From contig NC_068989.1 in assembly GCF_001194135.2 (NCBI RefSeq), positions 91,769,964 to 91,833,963 on the forward strand: 64,000 nt of DNA, given 5' to 3'. Positions 36,545 to 50,870 of the stretch are shown here, piece after piece. Position numbers and translations under genes: made by a program. Under the pieces are notes generated by a model. That model saw only the letters and a program-made list of their open reading frames with translations. It was not told the DNA's origin and did not search any database. The stretch is from Octopus bimaculoides. Taxonomy: Eukaryota. Each line of letters starts with the position of its first letter. Position 1 is the first letter of the stretch.

Positions 36545-36690
36545 TGGTGCAGGTACGACTGTTAAGAAGCTCGCTTCGCAACTACATTGAATCTGGCTCG
36601 GTCCCACTGCGCGGCACATAAGGCCTGAATCGACCAATGATTTGTGAGTGAACCTGACTGACGGAATCGGGTTGAGGCCCGCAGTATATG
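36545..36690 (+). mobile_element. Diverged SINE family A head
   Basis: GGTGCAGG..GGCTCGGTCCCACTGCGCGGCAC..GATTTGTGAGTG. Confidence 0.65.
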
Positions 36691-36717
36691 TGTATGCATT
36701 TGTTTGTGTGTGTTTAT

Positions 36718-37022
36718 GAAGGTGCGTGGCGTATTGGTTAGGGTATTTAACTCAGTGTCGTAAGGACATGAGTTCGATTCCTGGTGGAGCGTTATGTCCT
36801 TGAATATAACACTTTATTTCGCGTTGCTCCAGTCAACTCAGCTGGGAAAAATGGGTCGTACCAGTAATTGAAAGGGCCAGTCTTGACTCATCATGTCTGA
36901 AGCTGAGTCATCCTGAGAACTACGTTAAGCGTGTCTATAGAGTCCTCGTTAATTTCTCGTACAGGCTCTTTCTGTTGATCGGATCTTCTGGAACCCTTCA
37001 TCACTGATGGAGTGTCAGTCTG
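36718..37022 (+). mobile_element. tRNA-derived SINE, family C
   Basis: GAAGGTGCGTGGCGTATTGGTTAGGG..GAGTTCGATTCC..GTTGCTCCAGTC..GTTGATCGGATC; homologous to 63676-63950. Confidence 0.85.
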
Positions 37023-37381
37023 TGTTTGTCCTTCCAGGTTACTTGGCAACTGGCTTCTGTTTATGTCCCTGTAACATTAGCAGAGGAGACTGAGAGAAGA
37101 AGAACGAAACTTCAGCAAACAAGTACTTGGGTCAATTTGTTCCACGAAATCCCTTCAAGGCACTGATCCAGAATTGATACGGTGGTCTCAGTTTGAAGCC
37201 GAATGACTCGACTCTATTTCTCTGGTAGCTCATATTCTGCTAAACGATAGCAATAATTAAAAATATGAGGTCACGGGTTCAAAACTGGCACAAGAAAATA
37301 TGCTTCAACACACGAACTCCCATAAAGAATCTTGCAAGCCAAATGCAAAGATGAAGACATCTTTATAGTATTCTGGAATGA

Positions 37382-37663
37382 TGTTGTGCCTGGGGAGAGT
37401 CGTTCTCTTTTAGTGCCTTATTATTTAACACACTCACTGGTAAAGTTTCCACTCATCTACTTATTTCTTTTTCTTAAAATTTTCGTTGCGTTTTGCAACC
37501 TTTTCAATATTCGTTAACGGACAGAGTCAATGACTATTGAAAAGGTTGCAAGAAGTAACGAAAATTTAAGGAAAAAATAAATACGTAAATGAGTGGAAAG
37601 TTTTCTGGTGAGTGTCTTAAATTATAAGGCACTAAAGGAGAATCACTCTCGCCAGACACAACA
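37382..37663. mobile_element. Foldback MITE (~128-bp arms, ~25-nt loop)
   Basis: TGTTGTGCCTGGGGAGAG..GCAACCTTTTCAATA versus TATTGAAAAGGTTGC..CTCTCGCCAGACACAACA. Confidence 0.95.
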
Positions 37664-38324
37664 ATATATAGATATCAAATAACAGGAATTGATATCAGCC
37701 ATTTTAAACCATCTTCAAAGCAGATATTTGATTTGTTGAGGTGGTGAAAATTCATTAAGTACTTCCCTGATTGCTGATGCAAAGAATGGAATAGGAATTA
37801 CTAGACGATATGATGAATTTGATGATAATTCGCATGTCGTCGTAGTAAGGGTGTTGCATTGACGATGATAAGATGCTGGTTTGCATTCCTCGACCGGGCG
37901 TTTAGCTATGTTTTTGAGTAAAACTCTGTATTTCACATTGGCTCAGCTCACACCTCTGTAAATGCGTTCGAGCTATAACGGGGAAGTTAACCGTGTGATG
38001 GACTAGCACCCCAACCATGTGGGGTGTGTTGTAATTTCAATCATTTATATATTACGGAAACGAGGTTAATATCCAGGCTTTTGAAGCTTGGAACTCAAGA
38101 CAGACCAATTCTAAGTTGGTTGAGGAGCTAAACACTAAAATGAACAGTAAAATATACAGGAGCAAGGTTGACTTGTTAAAATCTGTCAACGAGTATGACT
38201 GAGTAAAGTGTAAAGATTGAAGCTCATGCCAGAGCTTTGCACGACTTGCCAAAAGAAAAGGGAAATATGAGATGGCTACGGGTGGATCATATTTGCTAAT
38301 ATCCTTTCTACTATAAGTTCAACA

Positions 38325-38522
38325 GCTTAACATTTCTGGGAAGTATGTAAGCCGATTATATCGACGACAAAGATCAACTGGTACATGTTTCATCGACTCA
38401 GAAATGATGAACGGTAACCTCGACCTCGGCAGAATTTGAACTCAGAACGAAAAGCCGGAAAACAAAAATCACCGATGAACATTTTTCCCGGTGCACTAAC
38501 GATTCTACCAGCTTGCGGCCTT
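38325..38522 (-). mobile_element. SINE family B
   Basis: Reverse complement GCTGGTAGAATCGTTAGTGCACCGGG..GAGTTCAAATTCTGCCGAGGTCGA. Confidence 0.85.
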
Positions 38523-38844
38523 CGAATTTGCTAATAAGTCAAAACAAATGTTTGACTGAGCGGATCGAAAGCGGTGATGAAGGGATGGTAACGGATGTGG
38601 GGCACAGGTGTGCATCATAATCAATAGGGGCTGTCATGCTGGAATGCATCTGATATTTTTCTTTCAGCCCTAGGAATGTCCAGGATGGTCACGCAATTTT
38701 ATATGGCTTGTAAGTGACCAAGATCGTAATATTCCCTTGAACTGGACACCGTTCCCTTGCAGGGATGCAACTGACTAAAAGGTCAACAAACAGTATAACG
38801 AGTTTCCACTTTGCTAATTGTTGTTTGTTCCTTCTCAAGTCATA

Positions 38845-39118
38845 CCTCATAAGGGCTGGTTTACCGGTTTCATCGGCGAATAGGATTCCCCGCCTGGACG
38901 GGACGCCAGTCCGTCGCAGGTGAGCTGCTAGATGCAGGAGGAAAGATCGAGAGAAAGTTTTGGCGAAAGAATCAGCAGAGATTCGCCATTATCTTCTGCT
39001 GGAACCACGTGAAGCTTAGGTGTTTCTCTCATAAACACACATCACCCAATCTGAGATTCGAACACGCGATCTCACGACTGCGAGTTCGATGCACTAACCA
39101 CTAGTTCATGTGCTTCCA
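38845..39118 (-). mobile_element. tRNA-derived SINE, family D
   Basis: Reverse complement GGAAGCACATGAACTAGTGGTTAG (A box)..GTGTTCGAATCTC (B box)..GCGACGGACTGGCGTCCCGTCCAGG. Confidence 0.75.
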
Positions 39119-39858
39119 CATTCTGCTAATTACCAACAACTAATTATACGGGAACCTGATATGTAGGACCTAAATGACCACCTATCGTTTTTTATGAGAG
39201 TTGTTAAAGGTTCTAAACAACAATAAAAACAACAACGACAACAATGGCAAAAACCCGAAATACAGTGCATGGAGATATTCCACATACGGGTGATCCAATA
39301 GCAGTGAGTTTGGTAAGTCCAAAATCTTAACCACCCAGCATTTATCCAGTTTATCCTCTTAGTAATATAGGTGCCGGTGTATATAAATGTAAATGAATTT
39401 GTAAGTAACATCAAACGAAATTTGAGAAGACTAAAGGTTGGGAGTCGAAAGTTTACAGTGGGCTTACATCATAATCTGCAGCCAGCGCTCTCCAGGAACG
39501 CCATTAATATTCATGAGAAAAGCCATTGAAAATTCGATTCACAAAATATGTTTAAAAATGAGGAATATCTGTTTTGAAATTCTAATGAATAATTCAAAAA
39601 TCATATTCGATTCTTCTCCATTTATTTATTTATTTATTTGTTTACATATTTATTTATTTAACTACTTATTTTGCGGGGTTTTGTAGTTCTTTTTTCTTCT
39701 ACCAGTTTCAAAATAAAGAAAAATTCATTTTGTATGTATATGTATAAATATATATATATTAGGTTAGATATTTATACGTATATATGTCTATATGTATACA
39801 TGTATACATATACATACAAACATACATATATAAATACTTACATGTCTACAAACACACA

Positions 39859-39890
<32 letters not shown>

Positions 39891-40079
39891 TATATATATA
39901 GTTAGATAGATAGATATAGATATTTATATACATATTCATATATAAATATTTATACACATATATACATAAATATTTACACGCATTTATGTTTCTATGTATA
40001 TGATATATCTATCTATCTGTGTATATATATTTATTCATGTGTGTGTATATATGCAAATGTATGCGAGTCTTTAGTGTGT

Positions 40080-40152
<73 letters not shown>

Positions 40153-40369
40153 TAAATTCCTGTTTATTTTATCAGATGTTTATACGTATGTTTACGTGCC
40201 TTGTTCAATGTTTATTGTTTTTAATCGCTTATGCATTGTTTTATCTGCTAAAGTGTTGGTTTATGGTGTTTTGTTTAGAGAGGTGGTAGCTGTGGTGGTG
40301 GTGGCGGAGTCTGTTATTTGAGTCTCTTCTTTGAATGCATTAAAGGTAAAACGATCTTTGCTGTACCTC

Positions 40370-40404
<35 letters not shown>

Positions 40405-40951
40405 GCATGTATGTGTGTGTGTGTGTGTTTGTGTGTATGTGTGCGTGTGCGCGTATACATTTATATCTATAAGCAAGTTTGTATGCATTTATCAATATAA
40501 AAGTTTGTGTATACGTAAAAACACACGCATATGAATATACATATAAACACATACATACATACATACATGTATACATACATATGAATAAATGTATGCATAT
40601 GTATGTATATATGTGTGTATATATGAATACGTCTTTGAATATGAGTATGTATATGTGTAAATTTCGTGTAAGTATGAGAGATTAGGATGCGAAATGCCTT
40701 TTAGCAGATGAATATAAAATAGTTTACTCAGTCAAGAGACGAATAAACACTCACATATATACACAAGTATTCCTATCTTGACATATATACATAACTATAT
40801 GCAAGGAAAATGTTTGTGTATATATTAATTGCTTATTTTTTTATGGTGTGTATTTATTTGACTTAAAACTTGCCCGTTGAAGCTATAGTACAAGTATGCG
40901 GAGCAACGCACTTTCGCTGCTAAACGCATATATAGATTCACACTCTCGTGG

Positions 40952-40998
<47 letters not shown>

Positions 40999-41004
40999 GC
41001 ATAG

Positions 41005-41060
<56 letters not shown>

Positions 41061-41319
41061 AGCATATATACATATATATATATAGGTATATATGCATATA
41101 TATATATATATACGTATATATATATATATGTGTGTGTGTATATATATATATGTATATATATGTATATATGTATGTATGTATGTATATATATATATGTGAA
41201 TATATATATATCATACACACATACACAGACATATATACATTTTAAGTGTTGACAGTTCGAATTTCAAAATGTCTCCCGTTCCTCTTGCTCTCTTCTTTCT
41301 CTCTCTCTCACTCTCTCTG

Positions 41320-41363
<44 letters not shown>

Positions 41364-42936
41364 AGTTTCCCTGTGTATTTTCACATATGTGCGTTTGCCT
41401 GTATCTATAATATGTGCGTGATTTTGCGGAAGCTCAGTTAGAAGTTTACTGGATGTTTCTTTTTCTTTGTAACAACAAACGATGACGTAAGCATCCTAAT
41501 GTTCCTACATTAAATATATAAATAATAATTAATTCATAGACTAGTCTTTATTGTGGTGGCCTATCGTTGTACCAAAAATCTTCTAAGTCTTGTTATATCA
41601 GGAGTTTAATGTGAGGTTGTCGTTTTTGTCAGGGAATTTTTTTGCAGCTAATCACTTCAACTTGAATATTCATATATGCATTTTCTATACATATATGTAT
41701 AAACGTATGGATGTCATTACGGCTGTTTCATTTGTATCCTGGTTTTAATTATTTAAATTCAACCTATTAAGAAGGGGTTGATTTCCAGCAAGGAACCAAA
41801 CAACTTTTCACAAATTTAGATAACATTCTCGAAGAGCTACATGGGCCTTATAGATGTTTTACATATCTTGAAATTATTTTACATATGCAAAGCTCATGTT
41901 AGCTGGTGGTTTCGTCAACTAGAAAATCCCAGCTTTTCATTAGGCCACTTACAATGTTACTAACATAATCAAGGAACAATATATATAAATATGAGTTTAT
42001 AACGTGGATACAGAAGCTATTGACTGGAGAGAATTTCGTTGACACTGGTTTCGAAAACTTTATTCGCACCCACAAAGCAGATACCGTGTATTAATCTTAC
42101 AACGAGTTGAGTTTTCTTTTCTGTCATAGACAAACGTACCAGTCACATTTTTGGTTACCTTTATTTGTAATTTTGAAGTGCAGAGTCTACCATTTTGGTA
42201 TTTTGTTGAAATGTACACAACGGGAATACTTGTTGCTTTTATCCAAGGAAATCGCATGATATTCAGTTATATATATATACAGCAAAACAGACAATGGAGG
42301 GGATACAAAAATGACATACATCAGCCGGTAGACATTCTATTATGTCTATTTGTTTTAAAACATACGAAAGTATTATAAGAATACATACACATGCAAAGAC
42401 TTGTGCTACACAAATATGTACTAATAATACATGATCGTTTTGAGGGGATCTCTCGTTGTTAAATGTACGAAAGTCAAATAATCGCAAAGATGACTTTAAG
42501 GTGGCTCTTATACTTGACTGCATCGGTATCCATCTAGATACATTTAGATATAAATATGCAAATGCGTAAATATATCTTTAATCATTAAACATATTAAAAA
42601 TACACAACCGGAGGTACGACATTATAACGGTGAATATGTAAACATACGAACGTTTCTGTATGTTCCTGAATATGGTATATGATCATTGTATGGGATATTT
42701 TTAATATCAGATTTTGAGAGTTATATGCTGCTAATTGCAGCTTTATTAACTGCATATTATATTGCTTGCTACTAAGAGTTAACGAAAAGCATGCGACAGT
42801 AATTAGAAATCTGAACAATATGTCAAGGGCAGAAAGAAATACCATTACAGAAATATAGGAAGGAGTCGGTTGAAGATTAGAAATAGGTCTTTTGGTCGAG
42901 TACATATCTCTTATGTGCACATATCTACCTATCTAC

Positions 42937-42967
<31 letters not shown>

Positions 42968-43101
42968 TGTATGTATGTATGTATGCATGTATGTAATGTA
43001 TGTATGTATGTATGTATGTATGTATGTATCTATCTTCTAAATGCATATATCTATGTGTGTGTCAAAATATTTGCATGTGACACGCACACGCACGAACGCA
43101 T

Positions 43102-43136
<35 letters not shown>

Positions 43137-43959
43137 CACATACATATATATGCATACACAGAAACACACACACACACGCGCCTATATATATGTATTTATA
43201 TACGCATGTATGTATTCTCGCATACATGATACATATCATTTGAATATAATTACGGAAACTTTTATCTAGCTTTTCCACATATGCGTATCCAGATCATACA
43301 TAAATACATACACATATACAAACACATATATGCCAACACTTGTCACACATTATTCAACACACTTTAACGCGCACAGCAAACACCATAAACAATTTCTATT
43401 CACTGCAACACGAAGAAAAAAAAATTAAATACATTTATCATTATGATATTCTAAGTAGTAATTTGTCTCACTTTTTCTCTACCTTAACCTCCACAACAGC
43501 AAGGTCTTAATCTCTAGCACCTCATTCATCACTAAAACCTCATTTTACTGAAATCACTGCAACCAATGTATTTACAAAACTGCCATAATATATAATTTTG
43601 CATAATATTCAATGGTCTCCTTCATTAGCAAACTATTATAGTGCGATGAATCATAGAAAATTAAGCGCCTTTTCATCGTACTATTGGGATTAACACATCT
43701 CTCAGTCACTCTCTCTCTCTAAAGTCATTATAGATTGTCATTTTAACGCATATGAAACACAAACACACACACACAGATATTCATTAACTATATAGATGTC
43801 TGCGTAAATATGCACGCGCACATACACGCACAAACGCACACACACAGAGACGCATATGTGCGTCTATGTTGGTATGCCTTTGTGCGTGTGTTTTGCGATA
43901 GGTAAATGCATATACATCGATTTAGAGACTCAGACACCCACATATGTAGATAGGCATGA

Positions 43960-44002
<43 letters not shown>

Positions 44003-44529
44003 ATCTACATGTATATAAAATACATATACTTGTATATATATATATATATATATATATATNNNNNNNNNNNNNNNNNNNNNNNNNNNNNNNNNNNNNNNNN
44101 NNNNNNNNNNNNNNNNNNNNNNNNNNNNNNNNNATATACATATATATATATATTACAAAATTCCATATGGAGACTTTATTTAAGTGATTGAAGTACTTAG
44201 AATGGTTTCACTCACATTCGTCCAAAATGCGATGTGTTACATCCCCTGGATTGCTGTTTTTGATAGGGGTTCATCTCGCCTAAATCGATCTTGCCAAGCA
44301 TTTTCCTCTTACAATATCACGTTCTATACTCTCGGGCTTGGTGTTAGATCGACCAGTTATGATTCTCTTTTGAGGTCAACCCTTCTATAAACTAAAGTTA
44401 AAATTTTTTTACCGTTTAACATCCGTTTAACATCCGTTGTGTGAATAAAAGAACGGATACTAAAGGACGGAATATCTTGTAGTCGGGTTATCCCTGGTTT
44501 ACACAACAATAGGCATTACAATAAAAATA

Positions 44530-45346
44530 CGAGGTCCTTAAATAAATTAACGAGCTTTTTTCAGCAGGTACTTTTTTAATTACAGTTAAACTGCAAATCA
44601 ACTATTATTCTTTAATAAAAGTTCCCCTGGGAAGCTACACAGCGCTCAGGACGTCACTTTCTCTCTTCACATCAGTGCTAGAACTCTGAAACTGGAATAG
44701 CCCTAAGCTGGTCGGTTACAGCCGTTTTTGCGCTATCAACGTGCCAAAATCAGGCCCTTTGAGGTGACATTTGAAGCTGGGAAGAGAAAGAAGTCACACC
44801 GTGAATACGGGCGCTGAGGGACAACATGGATGCCTTTCAGCTCAAAAAAAGATCTGTAATCGAAAGCAGCATTATCATGAGGCAACTTACAAATGTCTTT
44901 GATGTTTAGCCTTATTTGAGCAACCCATCTCTGGTTCGTTCCACATTATCGTCATCTTCTGAAGCAGATTGCCTTTCTGAACGAGGGTCATCATCAAGGG
45001 TTTCGTGTCCTTCTAAAAAGGTTTGGACTATCTGGAAACCTGTGTTCTTGAAGAAGCAATCGTCCTGTAAGACTGTTGAAGTTTTGCACATGTTTCAGTG
45101 CATTGTGTCTGAGTTTGAAATAAAACTTGACCGCACAGTGTTCTCCTTAACTGTCCTTGCACAAAACAAAATCACTTCACAAAATATGTGATCCACTGTC
45201 CACCTGTGAACGGAACATGGTTGTGGTTGCGGCTTGAACTGGAGTTGTAGGAGCCGTTGATGTGGCAACACTGTAAAGCGGAATCCCACAGTATTGACTC
45301 ATCGAACAGTATTAGACTAGTCCCATTGCTTTGTCTAACGACCTCT
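44530..45346 (-). mobile_element. Internally deleted, decayed mariner with degenerate TIRs and TA flanks
   Basis: TA-CGAGGTCCTTA.. versus reverse complement TA-AGAGGTCGTTA..; remnants FKLRHNA, LDDDPRS, HDNA, VPQRPYS, CDFFLFP, RCVASQG. Confidence 0.85.
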
Positions 45347-45529
45347 TATAACTACAAATGTATAAGTGAAAACACATGTGGTCGTAAGTCCTTAACAGAC
45401 GGTTGCAACGCGTATTGAAATCGTATATGTAAAAAGCAGGGGTTGGTCAAGTTTGGAACGACTCAAGTTGCCGACAAGAGTCGATCTGCAGTTAAGTATT
45501 CCAGAATACAATATTAGTATAACGACAAT

Positions 45530-45797
45530 ACCACCACCATCTAGAAATACCACCACGACCACGACCACCACCATCGTATTCACAGCTCTAAAATTTATGC
45601 TTCTGCCATCACAACAATCACCGCCACAATAACAAGCACACTACCTCTATTACCCACATTCCCGCCATACTGTGAAATTTATACCATGACCACCGCTGTC
45701 ACTACAGGCACCACCTCCAGCACCACCGCCATCTTTACTAACACTATCATCAGACATATTACCAACAACAACACCTCACCATACCAGTCACCCGTTC

Positions 45798-45859
<62 letters not shown>

Positions 45860-46500
45860 CGACAACACTACAACCACCACCACCACCACCACCACCAATT
45901 TCATTAGCAAGACTTACATCATGCCACAATTGATACAGCAACACCGCCATTACAACAAACACCGCCACCATTGGCAACAATAGCAGCACGTTCATTTCCA
46001 TGACGCTTTCATGTCCTAACGACACTACCATGACCAGCACCATCAATGGCGGCTACCAACATCACCACTACCACCAGTGCTACAACTTGCCACAATATTG
46101 GCACCGCTCCCGTTAATATTGTCTCCACCAAAACATAACATCCAACACCTCAGACATCGACACCGTCATCGCCACCACCAATAAAATCGTTACCTCCAGG
46201 GACCCTCTTAACATCAACCATCATCACCGCCAAAATTATCAACACCAACACCAACGCCACCATCAGCAACACATTCAACATCACTCTCACCACCAACACC
46301 TCCGCCATCATCATTATCCTCACCATCATCACCATGACAACCCCAGCATCACTACCACCGCTAACACCACCATTAGCAGTATTGTCTTCACAGCCACTAC
46401 CACAATCACCAACACCACCGTAAGAATTATCTCCATAATCCCGCCAAAACATACACCGTCGCCGTTACAGACACCCCACCACCACGATAAGCAGCGCATT
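45530..46500. repeat. Decayed (CAC)/(CAA) trinucleotide low-complexity region
   Basis: Seen directly; gives only homopolymeric ORFs. Confidence 0.85.
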
Positions 46501-47284
46501 TTTTAAATATGGCCGCCAGGAGCACTCTAATCAAGACGTCTGTACCGAATCGTATTCACCTATCTACACAGCCATTGTTGCGTTGTCTCGGTAAGTTGGT
46601 GCGGTAGACTTCGTATCTCTATACATTAGCCATCAAAGTATTGCATTGTTACATTAATTTAATTACCAGGAAAGTAATTGTTTTAAGAAATGAATATATA
46701 TANNNNNNNNNNNNNNNNNNNNNNNNNNNNNNNNNNNNNNNNNNNNNNNNNNNNNNNNNNNNNNNNNNNNNNNNNNNNNNNNNNNNNNNNNNNNNNNNNN
46801 NNNNNNNNNNNNNNNNNNNNNNNNNNNNNNNNNNNNNNNNNNNNNNNNNNNNNNNNNNNNNNNNNNNNNNNNNNNNNNNNNNNNNNNNNNNNNNNNNNNN
46901 NNNNNNNNNNNNNNNNNNNNNNNNNNNNNNNNNNNNNNNNNNNNNNNNNNNNNNNNNNNNNNNNNNNNNNNNNNNNNNNNNNNNNNNNNNNNNNNNNNNN
47001 NNNNNNNNNNNNNNNNNNNNNNNNNNNNNNNNNNNNNNNNNNNNNNNNNNNNNNNNNNNNNNNNNNNNNNNNNNNNNNNNNNNNNNNNNNNNNNNNNNNN
47101 NNNNNNNNNNNNNNNNNNNNNNNNNNNNNNNNNNNNNNNNNNNNNNNNNNNNNNNNNNNNNNNNNNNNNNNNNNNNNNNNNNNNNNNNNNNNNNNNNNNN
47201 NNNNNNNNNNNNNNNNNNNNNNNNNNNNNNNNNNNNNNNNNNNNNNNNNNNNNNATATATATATATATATATACAGAAAGAAAT

Positions 47285-48335
47285 GACAGGGGTACAGTGA
47301 ACTTGCCGTGTGGACTGGAATATCCAACGTTTCGGATTCAATTCCTTCTTCAAGGGGCAGCGAAAAAGAGAAGGAAATGAGAAAAAAGTCTCCAATGTAA
47401 AAAGCACCGTAGAATTTGCATATGATGCAATATATGAGATTCGCCAAAGTGCAACAGAAGTAATGTGTAATATTATATTGCTTCTTGAGCCCTGTGATGG
47501 TGGTAATATTGTTGATGTAGGGGCATGTGTTACATCGTTGACGAGAACATTTAAATGTTGTGCGGAGCTGGGAGCTGTGGTGTTTCTAACAAGGAGATTT
47601 CTAAGACTCCTATCTTTCTTAAAAGACAGGTGAGGCGGTGTGGAAAAGATAAGGACTGTTGTTGGGTCAGAAAGAAGAATGCAAAAGTTGTGCGTGAGTT
47701 TGTGCTTTAGAGGAAGGATGGACGGGGTTAATGTGAGGGAGAGAGAGAGAGTGGAATACGGTCGGTGGAAGTGCGTGAAGATTGTAGAAGAGCAGTGGTG
47801 CGGTTGATGGCTTGGGCTCGGTGGAGTGCCCGGTTGACAACTGATGGAGGATACTCTCGATTTAGAAAAAAAATACTGTCGCATCGTTTTGCAATTGGAT
47901 TCGAAATCCGAATCGATTCTGCTAAGTCGTCGAAGGCGGAGAAATTGAAAGAAAGGTATAGCAGATTTAATATGTTTGGGGTGAGAAGAAGAGTAGTGGA
48001 AGTAGGAATGGGAATCAGTAGGTTTATAGTAGACAGATGTGAAGAGGTGGGTATTGTGTATTTTGACGGTGATGTCCAGAAAGCAAAGTATCAGATATGA
48101 ATTCTAAGGCTGGGTGAAAGGTGTTAACAAAAGAAATCAAATCGCTGAGCTGTTGTCTGGTGAGGCTTGTGGCGCCATTGTAGTCATCAATGTAACGACC
48201 ATAAAGCTATGGGTCCAGGGAAGTGAGCAAAGATTTGCTCCTTTACATAACTTACAAAAACTTTTGGCATAATTGGGGCCCATCCTGATGCCCATAGCAA
48301 CACCGTTGAATGCTTATAGAATTCACCAGGGAAGG
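47285..48335 (-). pseudogene. Penelope-like element (Neptune-like): RT core, linker, start of GIY-YIG, terminal hammerhead-like motif
   Basis: GEFYK..GVAMG.RMGPNYA; GRYIDD (48183-48200); FVNTFHPAL; PP..SFKKDRSLRNLLVR; C..RC.TC; NLIYCIICKFYGAFYIG; TTGAAGA-A-GGA..TCC-GAAACGTT at 47324-47356. Confidence 0.9.
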
Positions 48336-48358
48336 AAAATAATTGATGTATGTTTGTG

Positions 48359-48401
<43 letters not shown>

Positions 48402-49055
48402 ATGTGTGTGTGTGTGTGTGTGTGTGCATGTGTGTATATGCGTTTCTGTGCAAATCTATGCAAATGTACGAGCGTTTGCGTTTGTGAGCGTGTCTAAGCT
48501 TCTGTGTGTGTATGCGTAATTCTCACAAGACGAATTCTGTGACCATTAGTACTTGTACGTTTTTGTCTATATATACTTGTCATGTGTGTTTATGTATTCT
48601 CAACAACTGCGCAATCCTCTGCGTGCGCCAGCGTACGTGTGCACATATGGCAATGTGTATGGGCATGTTTGTGGATGTTGTTGTCTCTGCGTGTGTGTAT
48701 GCGTTTGTGTTTTTGTACTGGTATACAAAGAGGGAAAGAGAATAAAAATGGTAGGGAGAGACAATACTAGAAAAAAGATTATTCAACGACAGAAACGTAT
48801 GAACACCTCAATATACACACCAACACACCAACACACACGCGCACGCGCTCATGTGCACGCATACTTCCGTGTGTATCTATATAAAGTTGTACACGTAAAA
48901 TGATATTCATAAAAATTGCTACACATTTGTATACATAGATATACATTTATATGTGTAAGCGTGTTTGGAAGTATATGAACGTGTATACACATACAGTTAC
49001 TAACACGCAAACACACCCAGACACACATATATACACGAATTTATAAACATATGCA

Positions 49056-49186
<131 letters not shown>

Positions 49187-49371
49187 ATATCTGTCTATCT
49201 ATCTATCCATCTATATACACACACGCACACACATACACACACATACATACACATATCTATATATATTATAGTCAAGCCGGCAAGCAGGCAGGCTGGTAGA
49301 CAAGCACATAGATAATGTGTGTTCGTGTGTATTTGTGTGTATATGTGTGCATACACACACACACACACACC

Positions 49372-49406
<35 letters not shown>

Positions 49407-50344
49407 NNNNNNNNNNNNNNNNNNNNNNNNNNNNNNNNNNNNNNNNNNNNNNNNNNNNNNNNNNNNNNNNNNNNNNNNNNNNNNNNNNNNNNNNNNNNNN
49501 NNNNNNNNNNNNNNNNNNNNNNNNNNNNNNNNNNNNNNNNNNNNNNNNNNNNNNNNNNNNNNNNNNNNNNNNNNNNNNNNNNNNNNNNNNNNNNNNNNNN
49601 NNNNNNNNNNNNNNNNNNNNNNNNNNNNNNNNNNNNNNNNNNNNNNNNNNNNNNNNNNNNNNNNNNNNNNNNNNNNNNNNNNNNNNNNNNNNNNNNNNNN
49701 NNNNNNNNNNNNNNNNNNNNNNNNNNNNNNNNNNNNNNNNNNNNNNNNNNNNNNNNNNNNNNNNNNNNNNNNNNNNNNNNNNNNNNNNNNNNNNNNNNNN
49801 NNNNNNNNNNNNNNNNNNNNNNNNNNNNNNNNNNNNNNNNNNNNNNNNNNNNNNNNNNNNNNNNNNNNNNNNNNNNNNNNNNNNNNNNNNNNNNNNNNNN
49901 NNNNNNNNNNNNNNNNNNNNNNNNNNNNNNNNNNNNNNNNNNNNNNNNNNNNNNNNNNNNNNNNNNNNNNNNNNNNNNNNNNNNNNNNNNNNNNNNNNNN
50001 NNNNNNNNNNNNNNNNNNNNNNNNNNNNNNNNNNNNNNNNNNNNNNNNNNNNNNNNNNNNNNNNNNNNNNNNNNNNNNNNNNNNNNNNNNNNNNNNNNNN
50101 NNNNNNNNNNNNNNNNNNNNNNNNNNNNNNNNNNNNNNNNNNNNNNNNNNNNNNNNNNNNNNNNNNNNNNNNNNNNNNNNNNNNNNNNNNNNNNNNNNNN
50201 NNNNNNNNNNNNNNNNNNNNNNNNNNNNNNNNNNNNNNNNNNNNNNNNNNNNNNNNNNNNNNNNNNNNNNNNNNNNNNNNNNNNNNNNNNNNNNNNNNNN
50301 NNNNNNNNNNNNNNNNNNNATATATATATATATATATATATATA

Positions 50345-50870
50345 CACGATGGCCTTCTTTCAGTTTCCGGCTACCAAGTCCACTCATAAGGTTTTGGTTG
50401 GCCCGAGGCTATAGAAGAAGACACATGCCCAAGGTGCCACGCAGTGGGACTGAGCCCGGAACCAAGTGGTTGTGAAGCAAGCTTCTTACTACACACATAC
50501 ATATATAGACTTCATTACGCACAGCTGTATGTAGGCGTAGGTGCGGCTGCGTGGTAAAGAACTTGCTACCCAACCACATTCTTCTGGGTTCCGCTTCAGT
50601 GCGTGACACCTTGGGAAGTCTCCTCTGCTACACCGCAGAGCCGACTAAAGCCTTGCGAATGATGTGTATGCGTATCTTTGTGTCCGTGTTTGTTCCCTGC
50701 CATCACTGGACAACCGGTGTTGGTGTACTTACGTTGGTGTGTTTACGTTCTCATTACCAGAATAAGTACCCGGATTTACAAAAAATGCACTGGGACTGAT
50801 ACATTAGACTAAAAATTCTTGCAGGTGGTGCCCCAATATGACCGCATTCTGCCAACTGAAACAAGCATCT
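50345..50870. mobile_element. Head-to-head SINE family A pair (50345-50505 minus; 50533-50870 plus)
   Basis: Both heads carry A/B boxes and the GCACCTTGG motif; they are about 30 bp apart. Confidence 0.85.

Noticed and set aside
42060-42257. Minus-strand ORF or exon ATSIPVVYISTKYQNGRLCTSKLQIKV with a CTG|GTACGT donor
   Set aside because: Only a vague resemblance to a HYR/Ig-like strand pattern, and the acceptor is weak.
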